Shown here: in pieces, positions 40,425 to 54,222 of the stretch | Layout: each line of letters opens with the position of its first letter | How positions within the stretch are numbered: the first letter of the stretch is position 1 | NCBI GenBank assembly: GCA_000934665.2 | Contig: KZ538344.1 | Coordinates: 1-64,000 of the forward strand | From: Catajapyx aquilonaris | Taxonomy: Eukaryota | Direction of reading: 5' to 3' | DNA: 64,000 nt | Position numbers and translations under genes: made by a program | Notes under the pieces: generated by a model | What the model was told of the DNA's origin: nothing | The model's database searches: none | The model's input: the letters and a program-made list of their open reading frames with translations, nothing else

Positions 40425-40530
40425 CAGTGGTGGAAATTATCCACAAGTATCGCCACCTGGCGGAGCTTTTCCTTTACATGAATCAAGTGAAAAGCTCCGC
40501 CAGGCGGCGATCTATTAATTTACACCATTC
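40425..40530. mobile_element. ~106-bp hairpin MITE
   Basis: TA|CAGTGGTGGAAATTA...TAATTTACACCATTC|TA with inner 23-bp arms ATCGCCACCTGGCGGAGCTTTTC / GAAAAGCTCCGCCAGGCGGCGAT. Confidence 0.65.
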
Positions 40531-43500
40531 TACCACCAGCTTATAAAAATAGGCATTTGCATATGATTGAAAAAAAATTATCAGTGTGAGTAAAAATAAT
40601 TACTTCGACCCACCTCTGCATAGTACTTTTCTTTCCATATATCACTATTAATGTCCACCCACGCCGCTTCTGATACAAACTTAAACAATATCATTCGCGA
40701 TCTCTAAAAATTTGCATCAAATGGGACCATCTGACCAATAAATGGTACACACCTTGTATACGTATATTCGCCTCCCTTAAAATGACTGCTATAAGTGTGC
40801 ATCAAAAGCAAGAGTCGGCCGAGAGCCATATTTCACATTTATTACGTACGTTTGGTTTTGGCATGTAATTTGGGCGTAAATCTTGGGGGTGCGTTATTGA
40901 TGTTACTGGATAAGGTAGGAGGGTCGGATGGGGGTGGAGGCTTTTTTTTTTAAATAAAAAAAAGCTCGTGTAAATCACTGGGACGAGTTACATGGGCGTC
41001 CTGCGGTATCTAGTTAAATTTGAATTGCGGGATTACACACAAATGTTAATAAAAAAAGAAGAAAACTTGCACAAAGAAAACCGATTGCACGACCAAAATG
41101 GGAGAGGACGGCGGATGAAGCTGGGATGGTGGAGGGAAGGGGGGAGGGGGGGGGGGACGAACCGAAAAACGTGATCAAGAATTTGCAACGGTGAAATCCC
41201 AATCATTATTAGCGGTACGTTCACCCTTCCCACGACAAATTACACAACACCGGACGGTTTTCGAGACTTCTTCATTAACGTAACTGCCAGTCGGAGCAGC
41301 AAAATGATGGTACTCCTCCTTCACCCCAATCCGACTTGTAGTACATTAACTCGGCGTACAGGCTATAAACGACGCACCTTCCAACTAATAAATTGCCTGG
41401 GAAGAGACCGGTGCCCCGCATGAGGAGAAGAAACTTGGCATTGGTTTTTTTTTCTTCTTCTTCTTCTTCTTCTTCTTACTTCTTTCTAGGGTTCCCCCCC
41501 CCCCCTCTATATCCCCCGCTGGCACCTAACTACTCCAGTGCAAGCCAAGTCTCCAGGTAAAAGTATTCTATTACATCCGTATAATTCATTTCTCCCTATG
41601 TTTTCCCCTTCCAAGGTGTAAAACGGCTGTCAAAGGACGAAAATTGATTTCTTGCCGAGCAGGTTTGCGCCCAGCGGGAGATGGTTTGCCCGAAAGCTTT
41701 GGCGGACCCAGCTTGGCCAAAAGGAAACAAAAAAAAAAGTTTAAGAAAGAGGGGAACAAAAAAAATACTAGTTGTATACAGAGCGAAAGGTATGCTGGGA
41801 CATAGTTTGGATCTATCTAATAAAATCTAGTAAATTTCATATTAGTTGAATTCTACCAATTTGGTATATTGTCTATCAAACTCGTATGACGTCAAGATGT
41901 CGAATTTTATGCAATATGCTTTCATCGTGTGAAGAGCCTTGAGAAGTGTAGGTCGCATGTTAATTAACAGGAAATGCATATGATAGAGGAAGTATTATAT
42001 ATAGTTGGAGTCACCCATAAAATCACAACATGCTCAACAACATGTGGAAAATGAATCATGAGAGCTGCCATCACTTTCATGTCTGTCAATCAGCATGTGA
42101 TTTTTATAAGTGCAATTTTTTTCCGGGGAAACAACATCGCGTGCTCATTAAGACCGTGACAACCACGTCATATTTTTATAAACATTCGTACAAAAACTAT
42201 TTCTTTTATGCAGTAGTTTGAGATGTTTACATAACGTGACATTTTAAAAATACGTTGATTGATTTTTTATCCATCTAACTTAAAAGAAGCAGAGGAATCA
42301 AATCATGATGCATTGCGGCAAACTGCTGTGAATAATGTCGTGAGTAGGATATACATGCCAGTACAGTACAAGTGTGACGTATTGTAATACGATCGGGTTT
42401 AAAATTGTGTGACTCGATAATTTCCCATAGATGAGAGGCAAGTTTGGACAGGTAAAATATTTAACTCAAAAATAATGTTAAACCTCTTTTTGAGCAATCA
42501 AAACTCAACTTACCTCGACGCGTGATCAACAAAAACTGCAACTTCTAAAATAATTTACGATGACAGGAACTGTCGGGGGTTTATGTTTACAGGTAGGTAC
42601 ATCAGGAAATGGAGAATAATTACGCTGGTATTACAGAATTTCTCTCTAATGATGATAGTTTAATTGGCCATAATCAAAAGTAACAAACCATCACGAATGA
42701 CCTTATAAAGTAAGAAATAATAAATGTAGTCTTAAAAATATGAAATGCATAATTAGATGGTATTAAATGACATATGACCCACTATAAATATTATCAAAAG
42801 CAATCTTCCCAAATCCCAAACAACAACTAGCCTATCACTAGCGGTAACATAATTCCATCATTTAAAAAATTTCATACATTATGATCACCTTTCTCTACAC
42901 AATTCAGCCATTTTTTTCTCCAAATATTTTGACTACCACTAAATACGTGAGCACCAACTGCTGCTACAATAATATAAGTATCAGTAAATAAATGCATGTG
43001 GGGTAAAGCCTACTGTGCAGTGCGCAAGCAAAGTCGCAGATAATCTCAGCAATTATCATCCAATTATTTGCGTCCAGTCATGCACCGTGATATCATTGGA
43101 CAGGCCCTTGCATTGCAAGCTGTCACTTTGGCCCCTCGTACCTTGTCAGCCCCCGCAGGTGGTGGATTAAGGGGGACGGCCAAGAGAGGGGGGGCAAAGT
43201 TTGGGAGGGGGGGAGGAGTAAACAACAACAACAAAAAAACAACCTTTTCTGATTGGAATTCAACGGTTGGCAACTCTGCCAAGCATCTCCAAGCTGGAAT
43301 TATACGTCTGCCCATCTCGGACCTTTTGCATTTTTCATGAATTCCATCAAAGTGGTACAGCCGGGGTAAAATAGACCCTACATCGTGCACCCCCTCTCAC
43401 CCCCTCTGCTCCTCCGAAAGGGGGTCTCATGATTAAGGTGTAAAGGTGGATAAGATGATGGTATCTCCCTGTCAAAAGAGGCGTGAAAAAATCTTTGGAA

Positions 43501-46500
43501 GGAAAGTAATGAAGCGAAGACACAGTCGAGAGCCGCCTCACGAATGACTTGTGGCCGAGGGCCCTCAAAAAGTTGGCCGCAGAGGGGCTGCTGGCTGGAT
43601 ATTTTCAATCATGCCCACACCTAGGGCTGTGGCCAGGTGCAAACCGAACCGACCCCAGCCTCTAACTAATAAAAAGAAAAAGAAAAAAAGGTAAAGAAGC
43701 ACATTCCATCCGAGCCAGTTGGAATGGATGGGATGGCATGACTTGTTGGGAGTGAAATGTTGACGGTACCAGTGACACCCCAGCATTTCAATGGAGGCAA
43801 TATGGATGTGATACTCAAATCGGCCATCACTTTATAGTTGATTCCAGCCAGGTGGGGTTTGGATTTTGGCCTAGAAGGTATGCGATGTTGTGTTTGTTGT
43901 ATAGGGATAATCAATTATGGAGAGCAATGTAAATTTTCAATCACTGATACAAGGTTGAAATTTTTATAAATGTGGTGTAAAGTGTTACTTTTATCTTCTA
44001 AATCTTTGTTAAGGTAAAAGGATGTGACAATAATCAATTTGTCTCTAAAGAAGATAAATGGGAGCAACAATTTCAAATGACAATCCACATCATTCTAATC
44101 ATGCTCAGCACTAGCTCTTCTGAAAATTACTGAAGGAGTTTAACGTGGCTGAAAGAGATATGTTAATCTCAAAACAATTTCAAATATGAATAAATTAATT
44201 CAGTATTTACTATCAGAACTGCCTGATAAGACGGTTGGTTCTTATGCCAAGCGAGTTGTACTGATTTTGATCGAGATTATTAGTGTTGCAGTTGTTTACA
44301 CTATAGTATACATGCATTCACTTTGACAATTGAAAAATTGTGTTGTGAAATAAACACATGAAATACCGGTATAATAACCGGTATACAACCAGTTAAAGGA
44401 ATAGTGTATAGGCTACTTGTACATCCTTGAATGCTACTTGAATGCGATTTTTGTGCCATTTTTGGACTTCCCAGGTCGAATCTAGTTGAATCCCCTCATG
44501 GGAAAAGGCCCAGATGAATTATAACACCAGATGCATTAGGACCACACACACTTTATGAAGTGGTCGATAGCAATCTGAGAAAACAATGAGTTGCATTGTG
44601 TGCGTATAGTTGAGCAGAGGCTCTTTACAATGCCATGATTTGACCTCACGTAATCTCCCTTTGGCACAAGTTTGAATAACTACCGTTCGGCAATGAAGTT
44701 CATGCATATACATGAACCCAATATGGAAGGGACAATGTCATATATGAGGAATTATTTTTTCTCATGGTATAGTCCTTGTCCGTGGTCATGGCATGGTTAA
44801 ATGCGATTGTAAAGTGGTGTCAGTCAAGTAGTTGCACCTGCGTTTGCATACATTTGGCAGTGGGTACTGATAAGTTGCAAAATGAAATAAATAAGTCAAT
44901 GTAAACGTCGACTGTCGCTTTCGACAGCAATTATAGGCAGGGCTGTGAATAAGGTTTGGCATTAAACATGCACAATATTTTATGGAGAGTTTACATTGTA
45001 CTGAATACAATGGTAGTTGGACAATATCATTTATTTTCCACGTTGACACTTTCCAGATAGTTAAGAAAAACGTCCAGATCAAAAAATTCCAAGAATTGTA
45101 ACTTCTTTCTCCTCATCCTTTTAACAATCCTGTTTTGGGTAACTCATTTTCACCTTTTTATGAAACTCATTTAAATTATCCAGAATATGTACACAACTAA
45201 AAATCAAATTTTAGGCAATGAATACTACGGAACAATAATTTTGAGATGACTACCTATACGGTACCTTTAATGAAAAGTATCCTCGTCTAAGCTTAAAATG
45301 TCACATTTAATAAATATATTTTAAACCACTCCAGCAAGCATTTCTCAGAAAAAATGAAAATGTCAAATATGCTCGTATACACCCGTCATTGTCAACTTCC
45401 TTTTCTTCCTTAAAATATTGCTTTATTTCTGTGTAGAATTCTGCTGAGATGCATGCATTGATAACAGCAGGAAATCTCCACTCATAAGGAAGTGCGTCAA
45501 AATGCTCTCAGGGAAATGCGGATTGAGAGTACTAAGCTCTTAAAACACTTGAGTAGTTGTTTCTTCACTTCAAGACAGTTGGTACATTTGGCAATTGACA
45601 TCTTTCCCAATACCAAGTCTTATTACGTTGCAACAGTTCCTTAGAAAATTACCAGTACGAACTCCCTACACTTCTGCGTCCAGTCCAAGATATTCCCCCA
45701 ATGTCTTTAGTGATTTGTGCATTTAGTGACGTCGCAAATTAGAAATTATGCAAATTGCACCCCTTTTGTAACAACATCACTAATAACACCGCCACCTTTA
45801 TACCCCAATAAAATTAATAAATTGCATCCTTTTTTGGTACACCCGCCCCTCGATACAAAAAGTCAAGAGGGGTCAAGACTGGGAAAAAAAAGTGTTGGGG
45901 CCAAAAAGTTGTAGCAAGCGAGGGGTGCCATGTGCTAGATTGATACCCTGCTGTGAAGAATATCCTAAATCAGTCAGAGTCCACGCAAGATTAATAGGCA
46001 GCAATGGATTCTGCTTGAACGTGCGTCATATTTCATTCCCTCGGCATGCTTCTCCGAAAGCCTATTTCTTTCCCCCCCTCCCCTCCCCCCCCCCTCTTTT
46101 TACTCTTTCTTGTGGTTCCCCCCCATCCATGCGTTGGGATGGGCAGAGGGGTGTGAGTGGAGGGGGTGTTTGGGAAAGGAGCCATCCCTTCGGCAAAGTT
46201 CAAGCGCAATCTCCAGGAGCGGACCGCTAGAGACTAATAAAAATTCTTCACACCTCAGCTTCCATGATTGAGATGTAAAAGTTAAGGAATGGATGCCTCC
46301 GTCTCTGTGGGCGAGAGCGGCCATTTTTCAATCTCCCGCCCGGCAACGCTCTCTGCTAACTGCCTATTACAGGATAATGACGCCAGAGTACGCGCTCGTG
46401 TCCAGACTGCGTCGACACACACCAGGGGGGGAACAGTGGGGAGAGTGGTGACGCTACCGGGAGAGGGAGCTTGGTAATGAGTATTGCTCTCAATTGAAGG

Positions 46501-49500
46501 AGGTATGGGTCTGAGCTGCCCAATAGGCCAATTAGGGTGTGTTTCTACTAATATGAGCACTAAATTTGCAGGGTACATACCCACCCAAAATTGGTATGAT
46601 CTTTGTTAATATTCACTGCAAGATTATCGCCAGATCGGTTCATGCTTAATAACTTTTTAGTTGATATGTGTGCTGAAAGGTTGAGGCTACTGTTGAATTG
46701 CTAATGCAACACGACGCTATACTCAATTCCCATCGAATTGTTTCACTATGATAGGTGTGTAAAGATATTCGCACAGTACCTATAATCTGGTACTTAAGAG
46801 AAATAACTGGTTTTCAATTATGTAGGGTCAGCAAGACACTCAAAGAATTAATCTGATCTGCCAGCACCTTGAATGTGTGATACCCTGCACATATCACATG
46901 TTTCTGTGGTCAAAACCGGAATTGGAAGGCGATTTGGCATCGTTAAGCAGGCATATGTAGTACACCTTGACTTTATTAATCACGGAAAGAGACAGGGACA
47001 AATGGGCGCTCCTTCACACCGTGACAAATGTGCGAGGGTTAATTTCACTCGGAGCGATTATGCATGCTCCAAGTCATTCCCAATTTGGCGCATGACCCGT
47101 CACAGCTCCACGTAAATAAACAAGCACAACCCCAAACTGCTCTGAAATTCAAGATGCATGTAAGGAGTGAAACAGTGGTTGGTGCCTAATTATACAGCGT
47201 GAGTTAACAAAAAGTCAACAATTGTTACAAGCTGCTGCCACAACAGATGTGTGCAAAAAATGAATATACTGTCATCAGTTTGAAAGACACGGGTGGTATC
47301 ATTACAGTATAACGTCTCATTCATTTATGTGTGAGCTACCGTTTCAACCTAACTGCATATGTACAATTTAATGCATTAAAATTGCCATTACAATCTTTTG
47401 TCTTATGGTCATTTTGATCTTTTTGCTAACATGATTTTCATGTTCTGCTTTTTAAAATACATCTATCGTATTTCTCCAGCTCAGAACCCTTCCTAATATT
47501 TTTATTCCAGTCGAGTTAATAAAGATAGTACACTAGTTGGCGGGAGGAAATTATATTAATGGCGGAAAGGCCAGGAGGCTCACATAAACAATTGTTACTC
47601 CATTCTCAAGTAGGAGGCGTATCTACAAATGATTTAAAATCTTACTTGGCATCTCGCTCCAAAACTTCCCCCGCCCAAAGCAGCATTCTTGCAATTGGCT
47701 ATTAAGCCATAAATCATGGCGGTGAGAAGCAAGACATTTTTCTTTTGTGTGTACCCCCTCTCCCTTTATACCATTCACGAACTAGAGATCATTCTTCCAC
47801 CATGCACTGTCTATACACGTGTAACCCCACCAGGTGACGTAATTGCACTAGCAAACGTTTATCACTCGGCCGGTCATGCCGACCATATTCTTTACAAAAT
47901 AGTTTGCAACGCACTCTTGACAGCCCAGATGGACCAGATTAAACCGCGAATCCGATCCGTTGTGGTCTGGCAACGACACGTATAGTTGCATGGAAAGTGC
48001 ACACTTTTGGGTGATGGACATGCACCCCCCATACCCCCATACCCCCCCTACCAAAAAAAACAACAAAAAAACAAAAAACCTTTCGCGTAACGAGCCACCG
48101 TGGTCGCCAATGCGTGAGTAAACGCATATTTTTATTTGCATTTAACATTTTTCTGGCACCCGAGCCATTTGAAACCTCATTTGTTGCTCACGCCAACATC
48201 CCTCCGCGTGTAAAGCGCTCTTCATTGCAATTTATTCAACTGGCTTTAATCACACAACGACTGCCCCAACATTACTTTTCCGCGACATTAAAATGGGACT
48301 TACGGATTAGTGGCCGGTATGGGAATATTCTGTTTGCGTTCATGTGGACACTAACCGTTGTATACTACTGCACATAACTCGTATGGAAACTCTCTGTGGT
48401 TGCGTTACCAGGAAGGGGGGGAAAAATTCCCACACGAGATATTCCAGTTCCAATGTTCATTTAAATCCTACACCCTCCAAAAAATATTAATGGCCTCGTG
48501 CAATGTGAATGCAATTAAAAGTGAGCATTATCGTCATAACATGCATTGAATTAGATGGATTATTCCGCTTGCACGGATTACTTTTTTTGTTGTTTTTCTC
48601 ATGTTCCATTTCCCACCGAAAGTTACACCAATCTACACGATTAAATTCTTCTCGTAAACAATGCACTGCTTCCACATAATTTGAAAATGTAAAAAGTACT
48701 AAATTGCGAGTGAACAAAAGTATACAAGACACACTATCAGCGGATGTTGTCTTATTAAATAACATATTATCTGCATCTGGATTTACAATCTGAAGAATTA
48801 TTATGTTCTCAACACTGCCAGAACTGAAGTTCAAGTCACATAGTCTTATACACATATTAATGTACACTGTACAGTGACCAAATAAGGCCACCTTAAGGAA
48901 CAAACATTATGATTATAGTCAAATACATTAGATTATTATCTGGATTGAAAGTTCAAACCTTCCCCTTCAGCGAAGGAAGGAAATAATTTTAATATTAACA
49001 TAATAAGTGTTTCGTTCAAAACAAAATTTAACACGCCTCTGCAGTTAGGGACCTGACGTACTATACTGTACATGGCCATTGAATTTGCGGGTGTCATAAT
49101 GAATATCGCGTTCAGAGGGACTCAAGTTTTCTTACTGATTATCTCCAAACACTTCTGAACTGATGTACTAACCTGAGTCTGTAATACAAACGTATTTACT
49201 GCTGTAAATTTGCATCATTTTCTAGTTCATGCTGCGTTAAGTTTCTACAGTAGCCGCATAAAATGAATGATGATCACACTCTGAGGCTAGGTAAGTATAC
49301 ATCAATACTGAATCTTGACATCATCATTCACTAGTCAATTTAACGCAAGCAATAACATCACGAGGAAGATATTCAGAACCTGGCCCGCTAATTAGGGGCC
49401 TCAGCAAAATCGTTGTCTGTAATTAATCTAAATTAAATGTCAGAACTTACCGCTTTTTGAGTTCCACTCTCCTCAACTAAACTAATTGTTCATGCACCTA

Positions 49501-50360
49501 GCCATGTATATGAACCTGTTATTATATTTCTAAGCGGTTTAACCGTGCGTTGAAAATTCACCTAGAATTAGATCAGAAGCGATGACTGGAGTCACGTCAA
49601 GTTATGATTTTTTCCAGCGGCAATAGGCCAATTAGCGATACCAAAACTAAATATCACAATGAGTGTCAATGATGAAAGTAACCACATCATCATATTGCCA
49701 GAATTTGACAGTATGGGAAATTACCAAAACTATCACTGCTGGATATGGGTGTAAGAGAGTGAATTCAGATGCGACCCATCGAATGGAAAGGGGTAGTTGG
49801 GAGTAAGGGGGAGTGGGGGAGTAGGGGAGTCAACCACAATATTCCTGTTGGACAGGTATATGTAACCAATTTTTAAGAAGGTGTGCCTGTAAAAAAAAAT
49901 TAACAGTTCCATTTCTTTTCTATGTTCCTGCCATGTACATGTCCTACTACAGCCATCTTCTGAGAAAAAAAGGAACTTCCACTCATTTCGTCTAGTTCTG
50001 TATTGCATTAGTCAGTATATCATTATTATTATTAACCTTCACCTTGCTGTTGAATCCAAGGTCCCAATCTTAATGACCATTACAAGCAAGCGATAATTTC
50101 AGAAACATTATGAGGTATTCAAATCCTATGCATACGGTAGCCACTGGCAAAGTTATAATAAGCTAAAGGCAATTTTCTGCCCATCACGCATGTTTGTTTT
50201 TTAATGAGCCGCTAAGTTCGTGTCAATGCCACAAGCATGCAGAACATACTGCACATGTACAGTATCACTCCATGAATGTAGCATCATGATAAGATTTCCA
50301 TGAACAGCCCCCCCCCCCCATGTTATTAAGAATATATCCAAAGAAGTGACGTTTACTTAT

Positions 50361-50408
50361 ACATGCAGGTTCTAATGAATACAATTGTATTCATTAGAAC
50401 CTGCATGT
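50361..50408. repeat. Perfect 48-bp spacerless palindrome
   Basis: ACATGCAGGTTCTAATGAATACAA|TTGTATTCATTAGAACCTGCATGT. Confidence 0.95.
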
Positions 50409-51592
50409 TTATTGTACGTACTTCTCCCTGGAAGGTATGACGCACCGTGCAGTACAATCCTGCAATAATAATTCGCATTAATTATTACATAACCCTATTT
50501 CGATTAATATCACCCACATTTGACGTTTGAAAATGGCGCTCCTCTCCTCTAATGAAGTCAGGTTCCCATAAGCGAATGGAACCCGAAGAGGAATCGACTG
50601 GCCAGAATAGTAAGAGTGGACGGATACGTGGAGACACTATGTTGAATGAAGAAAAGAGGTGTGTCAGCAGGCAAGACAGCAGTGTCTCCTGATGAAGAGC
50701 TGCGCATTTGGAGGAAAGCTGGTTGGCATGGAGGGTGGGTTGGGACGGAGTGTGGGTTGCGGGGAGAAAGGAGGGGGTGGATGGGTGGATGGGGAGGACG
50801 TTCCAATCGCCTCCAGCGAATCAATGTTTGCTCCCATAATTTAATCCCTTAATTTCATTCCGGAATCATTATCATTCCCCACCTTTCAAGGGGGGGATTG
50901 AGGCTGAATTACTTCCCAGGGATTTTCCGGGCGAGCAGAGCAACCCCCAAAAGAAGGGGTTGCCCCCCCCCTCTCTCTCTCCTCCTGCCTCTCTCCAAAT
51001 GGGGCTCTTCCGTGTCATTTTTCCCCCTGGCAAATAGGCGCTTTGCTCCTGCTAACCGGGCTTAGTGGTGCCACCATTGGGAACGCGCCACAGCCCATAA
51101 ATTTATCAAGGCCTTCTTTTTCCCCCTTCCGTTGGCGAATCCCATTCTAACTTTTGCTGAGTGGGGAAACCATAAAAGGGACGTTGGCGTTCGCCCCTGC
51201 TGACAAATCCATCAAGACCCCCGCCAGCCTCCCACCGACCCACCAGCCCCGCCGCAGAAGCATGATTGACCCCGGCTTTTGACTCCAGGAATGGACTCGA
51301 CCCGGGGGGAAAACCGTGGGGAATAAGCTGGCTATCCCCTCCCCCCCCCCTTACCCCACTTTCAAATGTCCAACTCGTCTGGCCGCACGTCCACTATATC
51401 GACAGGCCACCATGATCCGGACCGTATCACTCTTGCATATGGCGTCGGACTGCTTCCAAATGGTCTCGACACTCACGTTTCAATGCTCTGCTCGAGTATC
51501 AAATCCTGCACTTATGTCCACACTAGACGCTGTATTTATGAGAGTAGGACATTGACAACAATATTGTATCATACTCTAGTTAGGTAGACCGT

Positions 51593-51911
51593 AGACGACC
51601 AGACACATTGGCTTGCCCCTAGACATAGGCGGCAACACACACAACACCTTTCTGTCGGGAGCTCGCCTGTCAGGTGGACCCACTCGCCTTACAATAGTTG
51701 CTAGGGAGCCGGATATGAACGTGATAATCATGACTGATAGTATTTTGAGAGATCGCCTCTTTCGCAGAAGTGATTATCACTCTCATATCCTGCTCCCTAT
51801 AGGCAACTTTTGTAAGGCGAGCTTGTCCACCTCTCAGGCGATCTCCCGACAGAAAGGTGTCGTGTGTGTTGCCGCCTATGTCTAGGGTCAGGCCAATGTG
51901 TGTGGTCGTCT
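51593..51911. mobile_element. Fold-back element with ~140-bp inverted arms
   Basis: CCTAGACATAGGCGGCAACACACAC.ACACCTTTCTGTCGGGAG mirrored by CTCCCGACAGAAAGGTGT.GTGTGTGTTGCCGCCTATGTCTAGG; termini uncertain. Confidence 0.8.
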
Positions 51912-52100
51912 GTCTGGTCCCTCCACATTTCTCACTCCTAAATACTTATTTTGGGCCAACGAGTACTCTGAACCCTGTATAATGTTTCAGGTTGAGTGTT
52001 ACATTTATGCGCATGTCATAAGATGAGGCAATTAAATAAGCACAGTTACATATGTATACATAATTGTGTTTTTGAGTCAATATTTTCTAAAGAGTGAATT

Positions 52101-52434
52101 TTTTACGTTACCCCGTGATAGGGCCATTAGGTCCTTATAGGGGAGCGGAATACCACCATTTTTCCTGCAATTTTCAGCTTGTTCTTCAACTCTGGTACAA
52201 GGATGAAAGGACATGGGGTAAGGATAGGGATTTTTGGGGAGGGGACACAGGTGCAAGTGCAATGTCGGAAATGGGTCATGTGCATTGTGCAGTCCCCCAA
52301 AAGGCTAGGTTGCCAAGACGCCTTCTTAGGCACGGGCAGAGACCCACTGACGCAGGCGGAAGGGAAATCCCGGGCGGGGATCGAACCCGGGACCTTCCTC
52401 TCAGCAAGCCCATCTCGGCCACCGCGCCTTCCCC
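52101..52434 (-). mobile_element. tRNA-derived SINE, second subfamily
   Basis: Minus-strand B-box GGTCCCGGGTTCGATCCCC, core CATTGCACTTGCAC, tail ATGGTGGTA..CCCCTATAAGG..GGGGTAAC plus A-run; degenerate TSD TAAAGAGTGAATT / TAAGGGTGAAATT. Confidence 0.8.
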
Positions 52435-52449
52435 TAAGGGTGAAATTCA

Positions 52450-52596
52450 ATATTGTACTTGGTAACAATGGGTGGAATTTAGCACTGCTAGTTACTCCAA
52501 ACTTAGCAGTACCAGTGTTGACAATGGTGCTGATAAGTTAGAAGTATAACTAGCAGTGGGACAAAAATTCCACCCAATGTTATTTTCCAACAATAT
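52450..52596. repeat. Imperfect fold-back, probably an old MITE
   Basis: TGGGTGGAATTT/AAATTCCACCCA and CACTGCTAGTTA/TAACTAGCAGTG nested inverted blocks. Confidence 0.6.
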
Positions 52597-53084
52597 ACCT
52601 GACTTATTTCCCGCATTTCCAAGATAATAATTAATCTTTCTTGGCATTACCTTAGCGTAAAGTGTTAAACATTACTTTTTAATGATAGAAATGTTATATA
52701 CGTACACTCCTTACACTTTCACCGTGTACAGGAATAAAATTACCATCTTCGTCATATACAGTACAAGTGTAATAAAAAGTAAAGTTGTAATGCATTTGCA
52801 ATATTTTAAATCAATCGTAATTGCGATGTCAAAAAATTATTATCTTTAATCTTTTCAGTCTATTAAAACACATAGTCAGAGAATGCAGGAAATACATCAT
52901 GGTTGGAGTATAGTGTAACTTTCGTCCCTTTAACCCTTTAACAAATATTGACCCATATAAGCAGGTACAGTACTGCAGTATATAAGCATTATAAGACGAC
53001 AATTTGACGTCTATGTGGTATAGTACTCGACGACTCCGTAAGCCTCATGTTGTATGTAGGGTGTTACGATATGTATTGGTGGAG

Positions 53085-53220
53085 CCCTTTTACTTGGTAG
53101 TTATCGGAACTTTTGTCCGAAGCTGTTATTTTTGCGCGGCCCGGGGCACAAAAAGCTGCACAAAAATAACTTCATAGGACATAAGTTTCGATAACTAAAA
53201 GGACCCAGATATTTGGAACA
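53085..53220. mobile_element. MITE remnant related to 6024-6297
   Basis: Right end CGATAACTAAAAGGACCCAGATATTTGGAACA resembles the reverse complement of the 6024 left end; internal inverted arms. Confidence 0.55.
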
Positions 53221-53344
53221 ATAATATGACGTATTCGTTGCGTGCATCCAGTGTTTTTAAAATAACCATCTCTTTGCTAGAATGGAAGAGTCGATAGTGT
53301 ACATTATTGGATAAGGTGTGAATCATATTGCATGTACGGCAGTA

Positions 53345-53505
53345 CAGTTCTGGTCATATATCTAGGCAACCGCCAGCGACATTTTCCGAAGCGGCAGAAG
53401 AAGGAATCTTGCTCGCTCATGCTTGAAGTATGCTTATCTTCGATTCCTTCCTCTGCCGCTTCGGAAAATGTCGCTGGCGGTTGCCTCGATATATGACCAG
53501 AACTG
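53345..53505. mobile_element. 161-bp Tc1/mariner-type MITE, copy 2
   Basis: TA TSD; 160/161 identical to 19892-20052. Confidence 0.93.
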
Positions 53506-53889
53506 TACAGTGTGAACTTATAGCACCTCATGGTAACCTGCAAAATTAAAGTTTGCAAATTTTTTTGAAACACGGCAAATTTTGTTCCAGGGAACTGTCC
53601 ATTAATACGGCGTACAAATTTCTAGAATCAAATTATTTGCACATGTTCACTATACAACTCGTGTATAGAGATTTTGCTACTTCCCCAATGCCTTTAAAAT
53701 ATTTCTTCTCCGATAGCCTATATACACTGCTTATTATTATGTTCTGTTGCAAAACAGAATAATAAATATCATCCGTTATTTTTTTCTCTCATTAATTTAT
53801 TGATGGGTTACCTGTAATACCTATCATAAATGCAATACTCTCACAGAGTTAGTCTAACAAAGGCTATGCAAAAGTAACTGCTTAAACTA

Positions 53890-54222
53890 GGGGAGACGGA
53901 GTGGCGCCGCGGTAACGCGCGCGCCCACGGAAGTTAAGGTCCCGGGTTCAATCCCCACCCGGGGTTCCCACCTTCTTTCGTGCAGAGTTGGGCCATCTCT
54001 GGCTTCGTTTCGGGTGGCAATTTCCGATAGACTAAGCCACGCGGGGGAGTTCACAAAATGACCAATTAACGACAGCGCACTTGCACTTTGCACATCCCCT
54101 CCTATACTTACCCTTGGAACAATTAACATATATATATATATATAATATGGTTCCCAAAAATAGTGGTATCCTACTCCCCTAATAAGGGCCCAAGGTCCGA
54201 TAATGGGGTACAGGGGAAAAAA
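53890..54222 (+). mobile_element. Full-length tRNA(Arg)-like SINE with poly(A) tail
   Basis: Head GTGGCGCCGCGGTAACGCG..CACGGAAG..AAGGTCCCGGGTTCAATCCC resembles eukaryotic tRNA-Arg(ACG); A and B boxes intact; perfect 14-bp TSD AACTGCTTAAACTA at 53876-53889 and 54223-54236. Confidence 0.92.

Noticed and set aside
47281..47303. miR-71-like TGAAAGACACGGGT
   Set aside because: Diverges at the 3' end and has no complementary star arm.
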